Assembly (NCBI GenBank): GCA_963754925.1 | Contig: CAVWHX010000004.1 | Span: 988,506-1,052,505, forward strand | Direction of reading: 5' to 3' | Length of the DNA stretch: 64,000 nt | DNA from: an uncultured delta proteobacterium | Lineage (GTDB): Bacteria; Myxococcota; B64-G9 | In this document: positions 49,026 through 57,829 of the stretch, piece after piece | How the letters are laid out: each line of letters opens with the position of its first letter | How positions within the stretch are numbered: the stretch's first letter is position 1 | Position numbers and translations under genes: made by a program | Notes under the pieces: generated by a model | Told to the model about the DNA's origin: nothing | Databases searched by the model: none | Seen by the model: the letters and a program-made list of their open reading frames with translations, nothing else

Positions 49026-49664
49026 TCAAGAGCCAGACAGAAAACCAGCGTTGTTCAGATATTCGATCACGTGCGGGTTGCCCCACGGTTTCGGCCCAAT
49101 AAATTTGGCGCGCACCCTTCCCCTGGGGTTTATCCAGTAGCTCTCAGGATACTGGTATGTGCCAAATTGGCGTGCCGCATGCTCACCGGCGTCGAGCAGA
49201 ACAAGAACATTGGGTTCTTTTCCCTGCAACATTTGTCCCACCGCTGCTAGGCCGACATGGGGCTGACTGACCCCGGCCTGCGTCAGTTCGCTGGCGAGGT
49301 TTCTGATTGCGTCGAACGATTCATCCACGCTCACCAACCACAGCTGCGCTCGACCCCGCACCGTTTGGGCGAACGCCAATAGTTGAGGCAGTTCTTGTAA
49401 ACAGGGACTGCACCAGGTGGCCCATACATTGAGCAGTATCGGTTGGTCGCTCTTTTTGGAAAGCTTCACTGACCGGCCGTCGATGCTCGGAAGAACAAGA
49501 TCTGGCGCAGAGAAGTCCGTAGGTTGCAGATCGAGCAGATTGAGATCCTGGTTTGTGGGGGCGTTCTGGCAATCAGATACCCGCCGAGCAATCGTCAATG
49601 ACACGAGAAGCACGGCCAATAACGCGAACGCTACGTGCGCCCAGCGGTTCAATGATTCCCCCAC
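49026..49664 (-). CDS. TlpA-like thiol:disulfide oxidoreductase (thioredoxin fold)
   Basis: N-terminal anchor followed by the redox motif WATWCSPC in a redoxin/AhpC-TSA-like context. Confidence 0.85.
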   Translation of the reverse strand: MGESLNRWAHVAFALLAVLLVSLTIARRVSDCQNAPTNQDLNLLDLQPTDFSAPDLVLPSIDGRSVKLSKKSDQPILLNVWATWCSPCLQELPQLLAFAQTVRGRAQLWLVSVDESFDAIRNLASELTQAGVSQPHVGLAAVGQMLQGKEPNVLVLLDAGEHAARQFGTYQYPESYWINPRGRVRAKFIGPKPWGNPHVIEYLNNAGFLSGS

Positions 49665-50837
49665 ATGGGTATCAGGGTCTGCGCTAAACGGTGCCCCGCG
49701 GCGCCAGCCTCAAGCACCTCGCCGAGATCATGCGGTTTATGGGATTGGTAGGTCTCCGCCACCGCGCTGAGAATCTCGACGATCTGCGTGAAAACGGATG
49801 CGCCCGGCCAAAAACGCTTCAACCACCGCTTCATCGGCCGCCGCAAGCGCGGCCGGAAGTGTCCCGCCAACCTCCAACGCATGACGACACAGTAGCAGCG
49901 CCGGAAAGGCTCGATGATCTGGTTCGCGAAAGGTCAGACACCCGAGCGTGGCGAGGTCAAGCCGCCCGAAGTTGGGCAGGCGCCCGGGAAGTTCCAGGCG
50001 CTCCGGAAAGCCCAGTGCGTAGGCGATCGGCCCGCGCATGTCCGGAATTCCGAGTTGGGCTAGTACCGATCCATCCTGCAACTCGACCATGGCATGCACC
50101 ACGCTCTCGGGATGGATGACGACCCGTATGCGATTGGGCGGCAGATCAAAAAGCCAGTGAGCCTCGATTACCTCAAAACCTTTATTCATAAGGGTTGCGC
50201 TATCAATCGTTATTTTCGCCCCCATTTCCCATTTTGGATGTGCCAATGCTTCGGCCGCGTCGACGTCACGCAATTGATCCGGCCTCCGGCCGAGGAGTGG
50301 CCCGCCCGAAGCGGTAAGAATCAAACTGTGGATCTTCCCCGGTTCAATCCCGGCAACGGCTTGGTGGATACCGGCATGTTCGGAGTCGACGGGCAGGATC
50401 GTGGCCTTGCGCTCCTTTGCCACCCGCATGATCAATTCGCCGGCCATGACCAACGATTCCTTGCTGGCGAGTGCTACGCGTTTACCGGCGGCAACGGCCG
50501 CGTAGGTGGGTGCCAATCCAGCCTGACCAACAATCGCGGCCACGACCAGATCTACGTCGGGATGAGATGCCAGGGCTTCTAATCCGGCCTGCCCGGTGGC
50601 GATCGTATGAGACGGCAGGTTGAGTCGATCGGCGAGCTCGACCGCGGCCCGGTGATCTCCCATGGCCACAAACTGAGGACGATGGCGCTGCGCAAGCTCA
50701 GCCAGCGCGGCGGCGTTGCTTCCAGCGGAGAGAGCCACGACTTGGAACTTCTCGGGGAAGGCCGCGATGACATCCAGCGCTTGTCGGCCCACCGAGCCGG
50801 TCGCGCCCAATATGCCAATGCGGAGCATCCGGTTCAT
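49649..50837 (-). pseudogene. dxr: 1-deoxy-D-xylulose 5-phosphate reductoisomerase, frame broken at the A-run 49791-49794
   Basis: ORF 49737-50837 has ILGATGSVG and the whole Dxr core up to ...EAFLAGRIRF. The expected C-terminus TQIVEILSAVAETYQSH...LAQTLI continues in the overlapping ORF 49649-49882. Confidence 0.9.
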
Positions 50838-50838
50838 G

Positions 50839-51600
50839 TCACCTCCGTGCTACCGCGGTTTGCTCACTGGTCAAACCAAAACGCCGTTTGCGCCCCTGGT
50901 AGTCGGCAAGCGCTGCAAAAAACTCTGCCTGTCCGAAATCGGGCCATAAGACATCCGAAAAATAGAGCTCGGCGTACGCACCTTGCCACAAGAGGAAGTT
51001 CGAAATGCGTCTCTCACCGCCGGTCCGGATGATCAAGTCCGGATCGGGCAAGCCGCGGGTGAACAGAGTGTTTTGTACCGCGCGCTCGTCGATCGCTGCC
51101 GCTTTAAGTTGTTTCTTGAGCACGCGAACGGCAAGTTTTTGGGCGGCCCGGGCAATCTCATCCCGCGAGCTATAGCTGAGCGCCAAGGCCAGGGTCATCG
51201 AGCGGTTCTTGCGGGTGGCGCGGATTAATGAACGAAGTTTGGAAGCCACATCGGGAGGTGCTCGCCGGAGATCGCCCAGGTGCAACACCCGAATGTCGCG
51301 CTCCATGATCTCGCGCCATTCCTTGGTGATAAACTCAGAAAGCAGCTCCATCAAACTACGAACCTCGACTTCGGGCCGGCCCCAATTTTCCACCGAGAAC
51401 GTGTACAAGGTTAGATACGGGATGTTGAGTTTACGACAGAGCCGCACCACCGTCCGCACGGCGCGGCTGCCGGCTCGATGGCCGTCCGAGCGCTCGAGGC
51501 CGCGTTGCTTTGCCCAACGCCCGTTGCCGTCCATTATGACTCCGATGTGGCGCGGCAAACGTTTTGGGTCAAACGGCAATCTACGTTGAGCGCGCACCAT
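50839..51600 (-). CDS. uppS: undecaprenyl diphosphate synthase (cis-prenyltransferase)
   Basis: GVIMDGNGRWA, TLYTFSVENWGRP and RTGGERRISNFLLWQ motifs. Confidence 0.93.
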   Translation of the reverse strand: MVRAQRRLPFDPKRLPRHIGVIMDGNGRWAKQRGLERSDGHRAGSRAVRTVVRLCRKLNIPYLTLYTFSVENWGRPEVEVRSLMELLSEFITKEWREIMERDIRVLHLGDLRRAPPDVASKLRSLIRATRKNRSMTLALALSYSSRDEIARAAQKLAVRVLKKQLKAAAIDERAVQNTLFTRGLPDPDLIIRTGGERRISNFLLWQGAYAELYFSDVLWPDFGQAEFFAALADYQGRKRRFGLTSEQTAVARR

Positions 51601-51700
51601 CTACCAGACCTCGCCTTCGACAAACTCAACAGACACCACAACCGTTCCTTCCACGAACTGGTTATAGCCCAAAACAGGATTTTAACTGATAATTTTTTTC

Positions 51701-51795
51701 AGAAACTCTTAACCGAACGAAGTGAGGTTTAGAGTTTCTAGGAAATTCTTGCTTCACACAGTGAAGCTTAGAATTTCCTACCCCGTAGGGGATAG
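51701..51795. repeat. composite intergenic hairpin repeat, copy D (two tandem units plus a CCCC/GGGG hairpin)
   Basis: AGAAACTCT/AGAGTTTCT around TAACCGAACGAAGTGAGGTTT (51701-51739). AGGAAATTCT/AGAATTTCCT around TGCTTCACACAGTGAAGCTT (51740-51779). Then TACCCC-GTA-GGGG. Confidence 0.8.
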
Positions 51796-51829
51796 AGATG
51801 GTGCGGATGGACAGGCTCTTCTCCCCGAA

Positions 51830-52387
51830 TCATACTTCCATAATCTCTTTTTCTTTTGCCGAAAGAATCTCGTCGATCTTCTTGATGGCATCGTCGGTTT
51901 CTTTTTGAACGCGCTCAAGCCCGTGTTTTTTCTCGTCCTCGGAGATTTCAGAGTCGTCCTCGAGCTGTTTAAGCAGCTCGTTACTCTCGCGTCGAAGATT
52001 GCGCATGCGCACCTTGGCATCCTCACCCATGCGGCGCGACATCTTGACCAACTCCTTGCGCCGTTCCTCGGTGAGAGCCGGAATGGGCAAGCGTATAACT
52101 TCAGCATCGTTTTGGGGGGTTAGGCCGATTTCAGCCAGATTGATGGCCTTGGCAATCTCAATGATCTGTGATTTGTCCCACGGCTTGATGAGGATCAGAC
52201 GGGGGTCAGGAATTGAGATGGTCGCCACCTGATTGAGCGGCACGCGGGCGCCATAATAGGAAACCCGCACCGGATCCAGCACCGCCAGGTTGGCCCGCCC
52301 GGTCCGTATCCTGCCTAACTCCTTTTTGAACGCATCAAGTACCTTGGATTGATCGCCGATGAGACTTTTGAGTACGTCATCCACCAT
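51830..52387 (-). CDS. frr: ribosome recycling factor
   Basis: The RRF pattern (LGRIRTGRAN, VSYYG, PALTEERRKELVK). Start at 52387 with GGAGGAG 7 nt upstream, preferred over the track start at 52513. Confidence 0.93.
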   Translation of the reverse strand: MVDDVLKSLIGDQSKVLDAFKKELGRIRTGRANLAVLDPVRVSYYGARVPLNQVATISIPDPRLILIKPWDKSQIIEIAKAINLAEIGLTPQNDAEVIRLPIPALTEERRKELVKMSRRMGEDAKVRMRNLRRESNELLKQLEDDSEISEDEKKHGLERVQKETDDAIKKIDEILSAKEKEIMEV

Positions 52388-52410
52388 AACGTGACTCCTC
52401 CCCCAAAAAC

Positions 52411-53130
52411 CTACTGGACCACCGTACCAATATCTTCGCCGAGAATAACCTTGCGCGCGTTTTCCGCCGGTAACAATTTGAATACTATAATCGGCAGGCG
52501 GTTGTCCATGCACAGAGAGACCGCAGTTGCATCCATCACTTTTAGATCGCGCTTGAGCACCTCGGCGTACGAGAGCTTTGCGAATCTGCGGGCGCTGCGA
52601 TCCTTGAGGGGATCTGAATCGTATACCCCATCGACTCGGGTAGCCTTCAACACCACCTCGGCCTTGAGCTCAATCGCCCGCAAGGCGGCCGCCGTATCGG
52701 TGGTAAAGTACGGGTTGCCGGTGCCAGCCGCCAGAAGTAGTATCCGCCCCTTTTCAAGGTGACGAATACCGCGTCGACGGATATACGGTTCGCACACCTC
52801 GTCGATCGGCAACGCGCTCATCAGGCGGGTGGTGACGCCCGTTTTTTCTAAGCAGTCTTGCAGTGCCATGCAGTTGATAATAGTGGCCAGCATTCCCATG
52901 TAATCGCCCGTGGTGCGATCGATTCCGGCCTCGGCGGCTTTAAGACCACGGATGACGTTGCCACCACCGACCACCAACGTAAGCTCGACGCCCAAATCAT
53001 GTATTTCCTTGAGCTCAACGGCGAGCGCATTGAGCACGGTTGGCGAAAAGGTGTTATCGGTACCCTCGTTCTCGCCACGCAGTGCTTCTCCGGACATTTT
53101 TAGTAAAACGCGCTTGTATCGTGGGACCAT
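52411..53130 (-). CDS. pyrH: UMP kinase
   Basis: [13 protein letters not shown] start, GGGN(V/I)(I/F)RG and [17 protein letters not shown] motifs. Confidence 0.95.
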   Translation of the reverse strand: MVPRYKRVLLKMSGEALRGENEGTDNTFSPTVLNALAVELKEIHDLGVELTLVVGGGNVIRGLKAAEAGIDRTTGDYMGMLATIINCMALQDCLEKTGVTTRLMSALPIDEVCEPYIRRRGIRHLEKGRILLLAAGTGNPYFTTDTAAALRAIELKAEVVLKATRVDGVYDSDPLKDRSARRFAKLSYAEVLKRDLKVMDATAVSLCMDNRLPIIVFKLLPAENARKVILGEDIGTVVQ

Positions 53131-53167
53131 GTACCTATCCAGAAGAATTAATTACACCCAATGCTGG

Positions 53168-53187
53168 ATCCCCGCTTTCGCGGGGAT
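53168..53187. other. 8-bp GC-rich hairpin between tsf and pyrH (ATCCCCGC-TTTC-GCGGGGAT)
   Basis: Perfect inverted repeat seen directly. On the transcribed (minus) strand no U-tract follows it, so it is more likely a processing or attenuation element or a generic REP-like hairpin than a strong terminator. Confidence 0.4.
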
Positions 53188-53202
53188 GACACAAACTGCT
53201 AC

Positions 53203-53865
53203 CTATTTTTTCTTAGACGCTTCAATCTGCGCTGCGACCTCGGTCGCCAGGTCAATCTTCTTTTTTTCGATGCCTTCGCCGAGAACAAATCTGGCAAAAC
53301 GCCGAATAGTAATATTCTCCCCTGTTGTTGCCACGAGTTTTTTACGCAATTCGTCGATGGTCTTGGCCGGTTCCTTGTTCCATGGTTGCATCAGCAAACA
53401 AATCTCGGAGTAAAGCTTAGATATTTTACCATCGACGATTTTATCGGCTATCTTCTCTGGTTTGCCTGAATCAACCACTTGCTTCCGGAAAATTGCGCGT
53501 TCCTGGGCAAGCCGCTCTTCCGGAATGTCCTCTGGCCTCACGAACTCGGGGTTACTGGCGCAGACTTGCAAAGCGATTTCATGGCAGAAATTCTGAAATT
53601 CCTCGCCCTTGGCGACAAAGTCAGTCTCACAGTTGATCTCAACCAATACTCCTATTTTGCCGCCCATATGCAGATAGGATTCAACCTTGCCCTCTGCAGC
53701 CACGCGACCGGTCTTTTTACCGGCCGAGGCCAGGCCTTTCTCGCGCAAGTACACTATGGCTTTTTCGAAGTCTCCGCCTGTTTCTTGAAGGGCGCGTTTA
53801 CAATCCATCATTCCGGCCCCGGTTTTTTGGCGTAGCTCGTTTACTGTTTTTGCGTTGATTTCCAT
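53203..53865 (-). CDS. tsf: translation elongation factor Ts (short form)
   Basis: UBA-like N-terminus VNELRQKTGAGMMDCKRAL and the core segment GVLVEINCETDFVAK. Confidence 0.93.
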   Translation of the reverse strand: MEINAKTVNELRQKTGAGMMDCKRALQETGGDFEKAIVYLREKGLASAGKKTGRVAAEGKVESYLHMGGKIGVLVEINCETDFVAKGEEFQNFCHEIALQVCASNPEFVRPEDIPEERLAQERAIFRKQVVDSGKPEKIADKIVDGKISKLYSEICLLMQPWNKEPAKTIDELRKKLVATTGENITIRRFARFVLGEGIEKKKIDLATEVAAQIEASKKK

Positions 53866-54059
53866 GTGATGATCCTCGCTATGTACAGATCGCCATAACT
53901 TCGCATACCTTTGTTGCTTCCTCGCCTCGTCACTGCGGCGTACAGTCCGTACGCCTCGTTCCTCGGCATCGTCGCGCCTCGGTCTGCTTTGTTCTGCCGC
54001 TCTGTGTGTTCCTGATTCGTGTCGTCATATAGTAGTATAGGTGAATCCGTAAGTTGTGC

Positions 54060-54902
54060 TCAGTTTTCCTCGGTCGTCACGCTATCGTCGGTTGTCGCTT
54101 CGCTCTCGACCCGTCGTTTGCTGACCACTTCCACCTGCGGTCCGCCCTCGCGGCCGTCGCTCGGCTGCGGCGCGGTTTGCTGCTTCTCGGCCTTGGGTTG
54201 CGACACCAGGCGCTCCTCGAACATGCGCGCGCCCTCGATGCAGGCATCGGCGATACGCTCGGTGAACAGCTTGATCGCTCGGATAGCGTCGTCATTGCCG
54301 GGGATAAGGAAATCGATCCATTCGGGGTCGCAGTTGGTATCAACCACCGCCACCACGGGAATTCCCAAGCGGTGCGCCTCGGCCACCGCGATGTGCTCCT
54401 TTTTGGGGTCCACGACAAAGATTGCGCCGGGGAGCCGAGCCATTTCTTTCAGGCCGGGCAGGTTGCGTTCGAGCTTTTGGGTTTCTCGCTCGATAAGCAG
54501 GATTTCTTTCTTGGTCAGGCGTTCGAAGGAGCCGTCGGTCGCCATCTTAGTGAGGGTTTTGAGTCGCTCGATGCTCTGGCGAATGGTCCGAAAATTAGTC
54601 AAGGTGCCGCCCAGCCAGCGGTTATGCACATAAAACATCCCGGAGCGTGTTGCTTCTTCGATTACGATACCCTGGGCCTGTTTTTTGGTGCCGACAAACA
54701 GGAGCTTTTCCCCCTGGGCAACGACATCACGAATGAAATAGAATGCCCGGTCAAACAACTGGGAGGTCTTCTGGAGATCGATCACATGGATACCATTGCG
54801 AGAGCCGAAGATATACGGCTTCATTTTTGGGTTCCAGCGGCCGGTTTGGTGGCCAAAATGCACCCCGGCCTCAAGCAACGACTTCATAGAGATTACACCC
54901 AT
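54060..54902 (-). CDS. rpsB: 30S ribosomal protein S2
   Basis: [23 protein letters not shown] and LFVGTKKQA motifs. Start at 54902 with AAGGAGG upstream, preferred over the track start at 55064. Acidic C-terminal extension. Confidence 0.93.
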   Translation of the reverse strand: MGVISMKSLLEAGVHFGHQTGRWNPKMKPYIFGSRNGIHVIDLQKTSQLFDRAFYFIRDVVAQGEKLLFVGTKKQAQGIVIEEATRSGMFYVHNRWLGGTLTNFRTIRQSIERLKTLTKMATDGSFERLTKKEILLIERETQKLERNLPGLKEMARLPGAIFVVDPKKEHIAVAEAHRLGIPVVAVVDTNCDPEWIDFLIPGNDDAIRAIKLFTERIADACIEGARMFEERLVSQPKAEKQQTAPQPSDGREGGPQVEVVSKRRVESEATTDDSVTTEEN

Positions 54903-55460
54903 CACATCCTCCTTTTGGGTTATTCCGCCACTGGCAGCTTTTTTTCTGGCCCATCTCCCGACGGGAGCACCCGGGGCCAACCGCCAGTGTGTGAATTTCT
55001 TCAACTCCCCGTAAAAACATAGAAAAGCAAACTCGGGGCAGTTCCGCGGGGTGATTGCTAGCATAAGTTACCGTGATTGGCAAGTAAAATAAGCGGTTTT
55101 GGTTACGTTTGTGTATCTCTTAGGTACAGGAGGGCGAAAGAATCCATTGAAAAAGATGTCAGGGGATTATTCATTGTTGCCCTGCCCTAATAGGAGTCCC
55201 TGGAGCCCCTAGCCCCACCCACACACTTTCAAATCTTTGGGCATACATTTATGGGATCAGGCTTTCTTGTGCATAGCTTCTGTCTCGTTGACAAGCCATG
55301 CGTGGCTCTCATCTTCACGATTCAAGATCCTCATTGGCCCGCGGCTCAGGATTATCCGCAATCCAAGCAGGATAGTTGACAGCTAAATGTTATCGCAGGA
55401 AAATCGCATCACATAGTAAATGCAAGCTCGAACGAAACCAAAAGCTAAAGGAACTCTATA

Positions 55461-56501
55461 ATGAAAAAGCCATTGGTTCTTATTGGTCTTGGGGTGTTGA
55501 TTTTTACCGGTTTCTTCTTTGGATGTGCCACAACTTATCTGACAAAGTATGAGACCCATTTGCTGAATTCTGACCCAAAAACACCACTAAAATTTAAAGA
55601 TGATAAATTTGAATTCATTTTTTTCCCTGTACCAAGCGGTGTTAACTTTAAAATCAAAAACCTTACGGATGATCCTGCAATTATAGATTGGGACCGATCT
55701 TATTTTATTGAGCCCAATGGAAATTCATCGAAACTTCTAAATATAGATTTGATCTTTGAAAATGCAGAAACGGCATCTAAGGAAAAATACGAATCAATTC
55801 TGCCACCCGGTGTTGATTTTTGGAGATTCACAACATCCGCATTAAATGTTGCTAAATTTATTAGAGTTGATTCAAGTTATTTTACCTTTGGCAACATGAC
55901 CTTTTTCGATGCAAATTACACTTATATAAATACATTTTTTAGATATTGGCCTGAATATTCAAAAACTGAAACATACCAACGAATTAAAGATTATGTCCTG
56001 AACAATAACAAAATGGGTGTCGGCTTCAGTATTAAAACAAAAGACACTGAACATTTTTATAGATTTGATTTCAGAATACACAAAGTTTCCGTGTTTGAAA
56101 CTGAACCAAAAGACAATCGACCACGAAAGACCAGTTTGTTTAGTATGTCTGATGCAGACAATTGGGATATGGCCAGAGAAGGAGCTATTATAATGGGTAA
56201 AGGTACAGATGCAGCAGGGTATAGAAAGATAATGGTACGGTATGATAATCATTCATATGACAAAATGATTGCGCTGAATTCAGGACAAGAGACAAACATA
56301 GTCGTTAAAACGTCTCCTGATGGAATACAAGACACTTTGGAACCTATGAATGATAATGAATTCAATAAGCTATCACTTGATAATCATTGGTACTTTTTAG
56401 ATAATCGAGGACTTAGATTTAAAATTCTAGAAAAAGAAAAGACAGAAAATATAATAAAACTTAAAGTTAGATGTCTGCGCTGGATTCAGGAGTTACCGTA
56501 G
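55461..56501 (+). CDS. hypothetical lipoprotein in an AT-rich segment
   Basis: Signal peptide with the lipobox-like FFFGC. Asn/Lys/Phe-rich composition that differs sharply from neighbouring genes. No family recognised. Confidence 0.6.
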   Translation: MKKPLVLIGLGVLIFTGFFFGCATTYLTKYETHLLNSDPKTPLKFKDDKFEFIFFPVPSGVNFKIKNLTDDPAIIDWDRSYFIEPNGNSSKLLNIDLIFENAETASKEKYESILPPGVDFWRFTTSALNVAKFIRVDSSYFTFGNMTFFDANYTYINTFFRYWPEYSKTETYQRIKDYVLNNNKMGVGFSIKTKDTEHFYRFDFRIHKVSVFETEPKDNRPRKTSLFSMSDADNWDMAREGAIIMGKGTDAAGYRKIMVRYDNHSYDKMIALNSGQETNIVVKTSPDGIQDTLEPMNDNEFNKLSLDNHWYFLDNRGLRFKILEKEKTENIIKLKVRCLRWIQELP

Positions 56502-56531
56502 AGAACGCCTGCGAACCACTGAAGTGTGAAT

Positions 56532-56665
56532 ATGGGCTTAGTTTATAAGCGGGGATCGAATTGGTGGTTGACATACACAGTCAATGGCCAGCGCTACCGC
56601 GAACCTGTCGGGGCACCGAAGCGCGACGCGGAATGCGCACTGGCCAAGCGAAGCGTTGGGTTGTT
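56532..56665 (+). pseudogene. 5' remnant of a tyrosine recombinase (phage-type integrase) gene
   Basis: GLVYKRGSNWWLTYTVNGQRYREPVGAPKRDAECALAKR matches the usual N-terminal arm-binding segment of phage integrases. Similarity stops after about 43 codons, and no SAM-like or catalytic domain follows. Confidence 0.55.
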
Positions 56666-56703
56666 GTTCCCACAGAAAGCTTTTAATTATGAAAGTATAA
56701 GAT

Positions 56704-57579
56704 ATGACAAAACTCGCGTTTTTCATAGTAGATGTATTTGCCGAGAAAAAATATGCAGGCAATCAACTCGCTGTTTTCCAGAGAGCAGGAGCACTCTCTC
56801 ATGATGAAATGCAGAAGATCGCCAGAGAAATAAATTTTTCGGAAACCACGTTTATCCTTTCAGACTGTCAAAGTAATGGCGGATTTGACGTGCGCATATT
56901 TACGCCAAAAGAAGAGGTCTCCTTTGCAGGCCATCCAACATTGGGCACAGCACACATTATCCGAAACGAGATTCTTCAGGGGAATGCAGAAAAGATAGTT
57001 CTGAATTTGAAGGTGGGTCAAATTCCCGTTACCTTTAGCCCCGATGGTTATTGCTGGATGGAGCAAATAGAACCAGTCTTTGGTCAAGAGCATAAACAAG
57101 AGATTCTGGCCAAAGTTCTGGGCTTAGATGTTTATGATATCGACGAACGTTTTCCAATTCAGGAAGTGTCAACGGGATTACCGATTTTCATCGTGCCGCT
57201 GAAAACCATAACGGCATTAAAAAATGCAAGAATTGACAGGCAGAGGTATTTTGATTTGATAAAGGATACTGAGGCAAAGTTGATTTTGGTTTTTTGCCCG
57301 GAAACCCATGAATCACAAAATGATATCAGTGTGCGGGTTTTTGGCGATTTTTACGGTATTCCAGAAGATCCGGCAACCGGTAGCGGGAACGGATGTCTGG
57401 CCGGTTATTTGGTTAAATACCGCTATTTCAGACAAGATAGTATTAACATTCGCTGTGAACAAGGTTACGAAATCGGCAGGCCGTCTCTGTTGCTCTTGAA
57501 GGCCGAACAAAGAGAATCAAAGATAACTATCTCTGTCGGTGGCAAAAGCACAGTCGTTGCGCGAGGTGAATTCGTTTGA
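56704..57579 (+). CDS. PhzF-family isomerase-like protein
   Basis: FIVDVFAEKKYAGNQLAVF start, FSETTF, FAGHPTLG and PEDPATGSGNGCLAGYL motifs of the PhzF/DAP-epimerase-like fold. Confidence 0.85.
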   Translation: MTKLAFFIVDVFAEKKYAGNQLAVFQRAGALSHDEMQKIAREINFSETTFILSDCQSNGGFDVRIFTPKEEVSFAGHPTLGTAHIIRNEILQGNAEKIVLNLKVGQIPVTFSPDGYCWMEQIEPVFGQEHKQEILAKVLGLDVYDIDERFPIQEVSTGLPIFIVPLKTITALKNARIDRQRYFDLIKDTEAKLILVFCPETHESQNDISVRVFGDFYGIPEDPATGSGNGCLAGYLVKYRYFRQDSINIRCEQGYEIGRPSLLLLKAEQRESKITISVGGKSTVVARGEFV

Positions 57580-57680
57580 TTGTGGAACGCTCTACTTCAG
57601 AAAGCAGCCCAACAATGGCATCTAAGCTGACGCGAGCGGAATATGCAGCAGTTTGTGTTCCTGCATTTAGCCAAAGATTC

Positions 57681-57829
57681 CTATGCCCCGGCATCCTTAA
57701 GTAATTGGCAATTCTTGTAGTTCCTGCCCGAGCCGCAGGGGCACGGATCGGCCTGGCGGGCGGCGCAGCCCTTGTATGGGTGATAAGTGTGATAAAATAA
57801 ACGACGGGGATGACCTTGACGGGATCCAC
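57681..57829 (-). other. start-less SEC-C motif coding fragment resembling the secA 3' tail
   Basis: The minus-strand frame reads ...[31 protein letters not shown], bounded upstream by a TAG with no ATG/GTG/TTG in frame. The last 23 codons match the secA tail (59334-59402) at 58 of 69 nt by my hand alignment. Confidence 0.45.

Noticed and set aside
53937-53975. Possible fifth, degenerate copy of the hairpin repeat in the rpsB-tsf spacer (GTACGCCTCGTTCCTCGGCAT resembles reverse-oriented loop units)
   Set aside because: The similarity is limited to the CGAGG/CCTCG-rich loop. There are no complementary flanking arms of the family type, only an unrelated GGCGTAC-N5-GTACGCC hairpin. This is too weak to call.
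54054-55022. 322-aa plus-strand ORF overlapping rpsB
   Set aside because: It is antisense to ribosomal protein S2, whose frame carries unmistakable motifs. It is an Ala/Gly/Leu-rich shadow ORF.
55065-55460. 396-nt spacer upstream of rpsB examined for an sRNA, an attachment site or a small gene
   Set aside because: I found no convincing structure, no direct repeat shared with the right-hand side of the AT-rich segment, and no ORF with a ribosome-binding site. It is left unannotated.
56526-56804. 92-aa ORF taken at face value as an intact small gene
   Set aside because: Only the first 43 or so codons resemble anything (an integrase N-terminus). The remainder is unrelated sequence overlapping the phzF start. 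I treat it as a gene remnant.
57527-57829. 100-aa minus-strand ORF (MDPVKVIPVVYFITLITHTRAAPPARP...)
   Set aside because: After the first 12 or so codons it is the wrong frame of the SEC-C motif DNA (Ala/Pro/Arg-rich read-through), and it overlaps the phzF 3' end. It is relevant only as a possible donor of a start codon for the SEC-C fragment.
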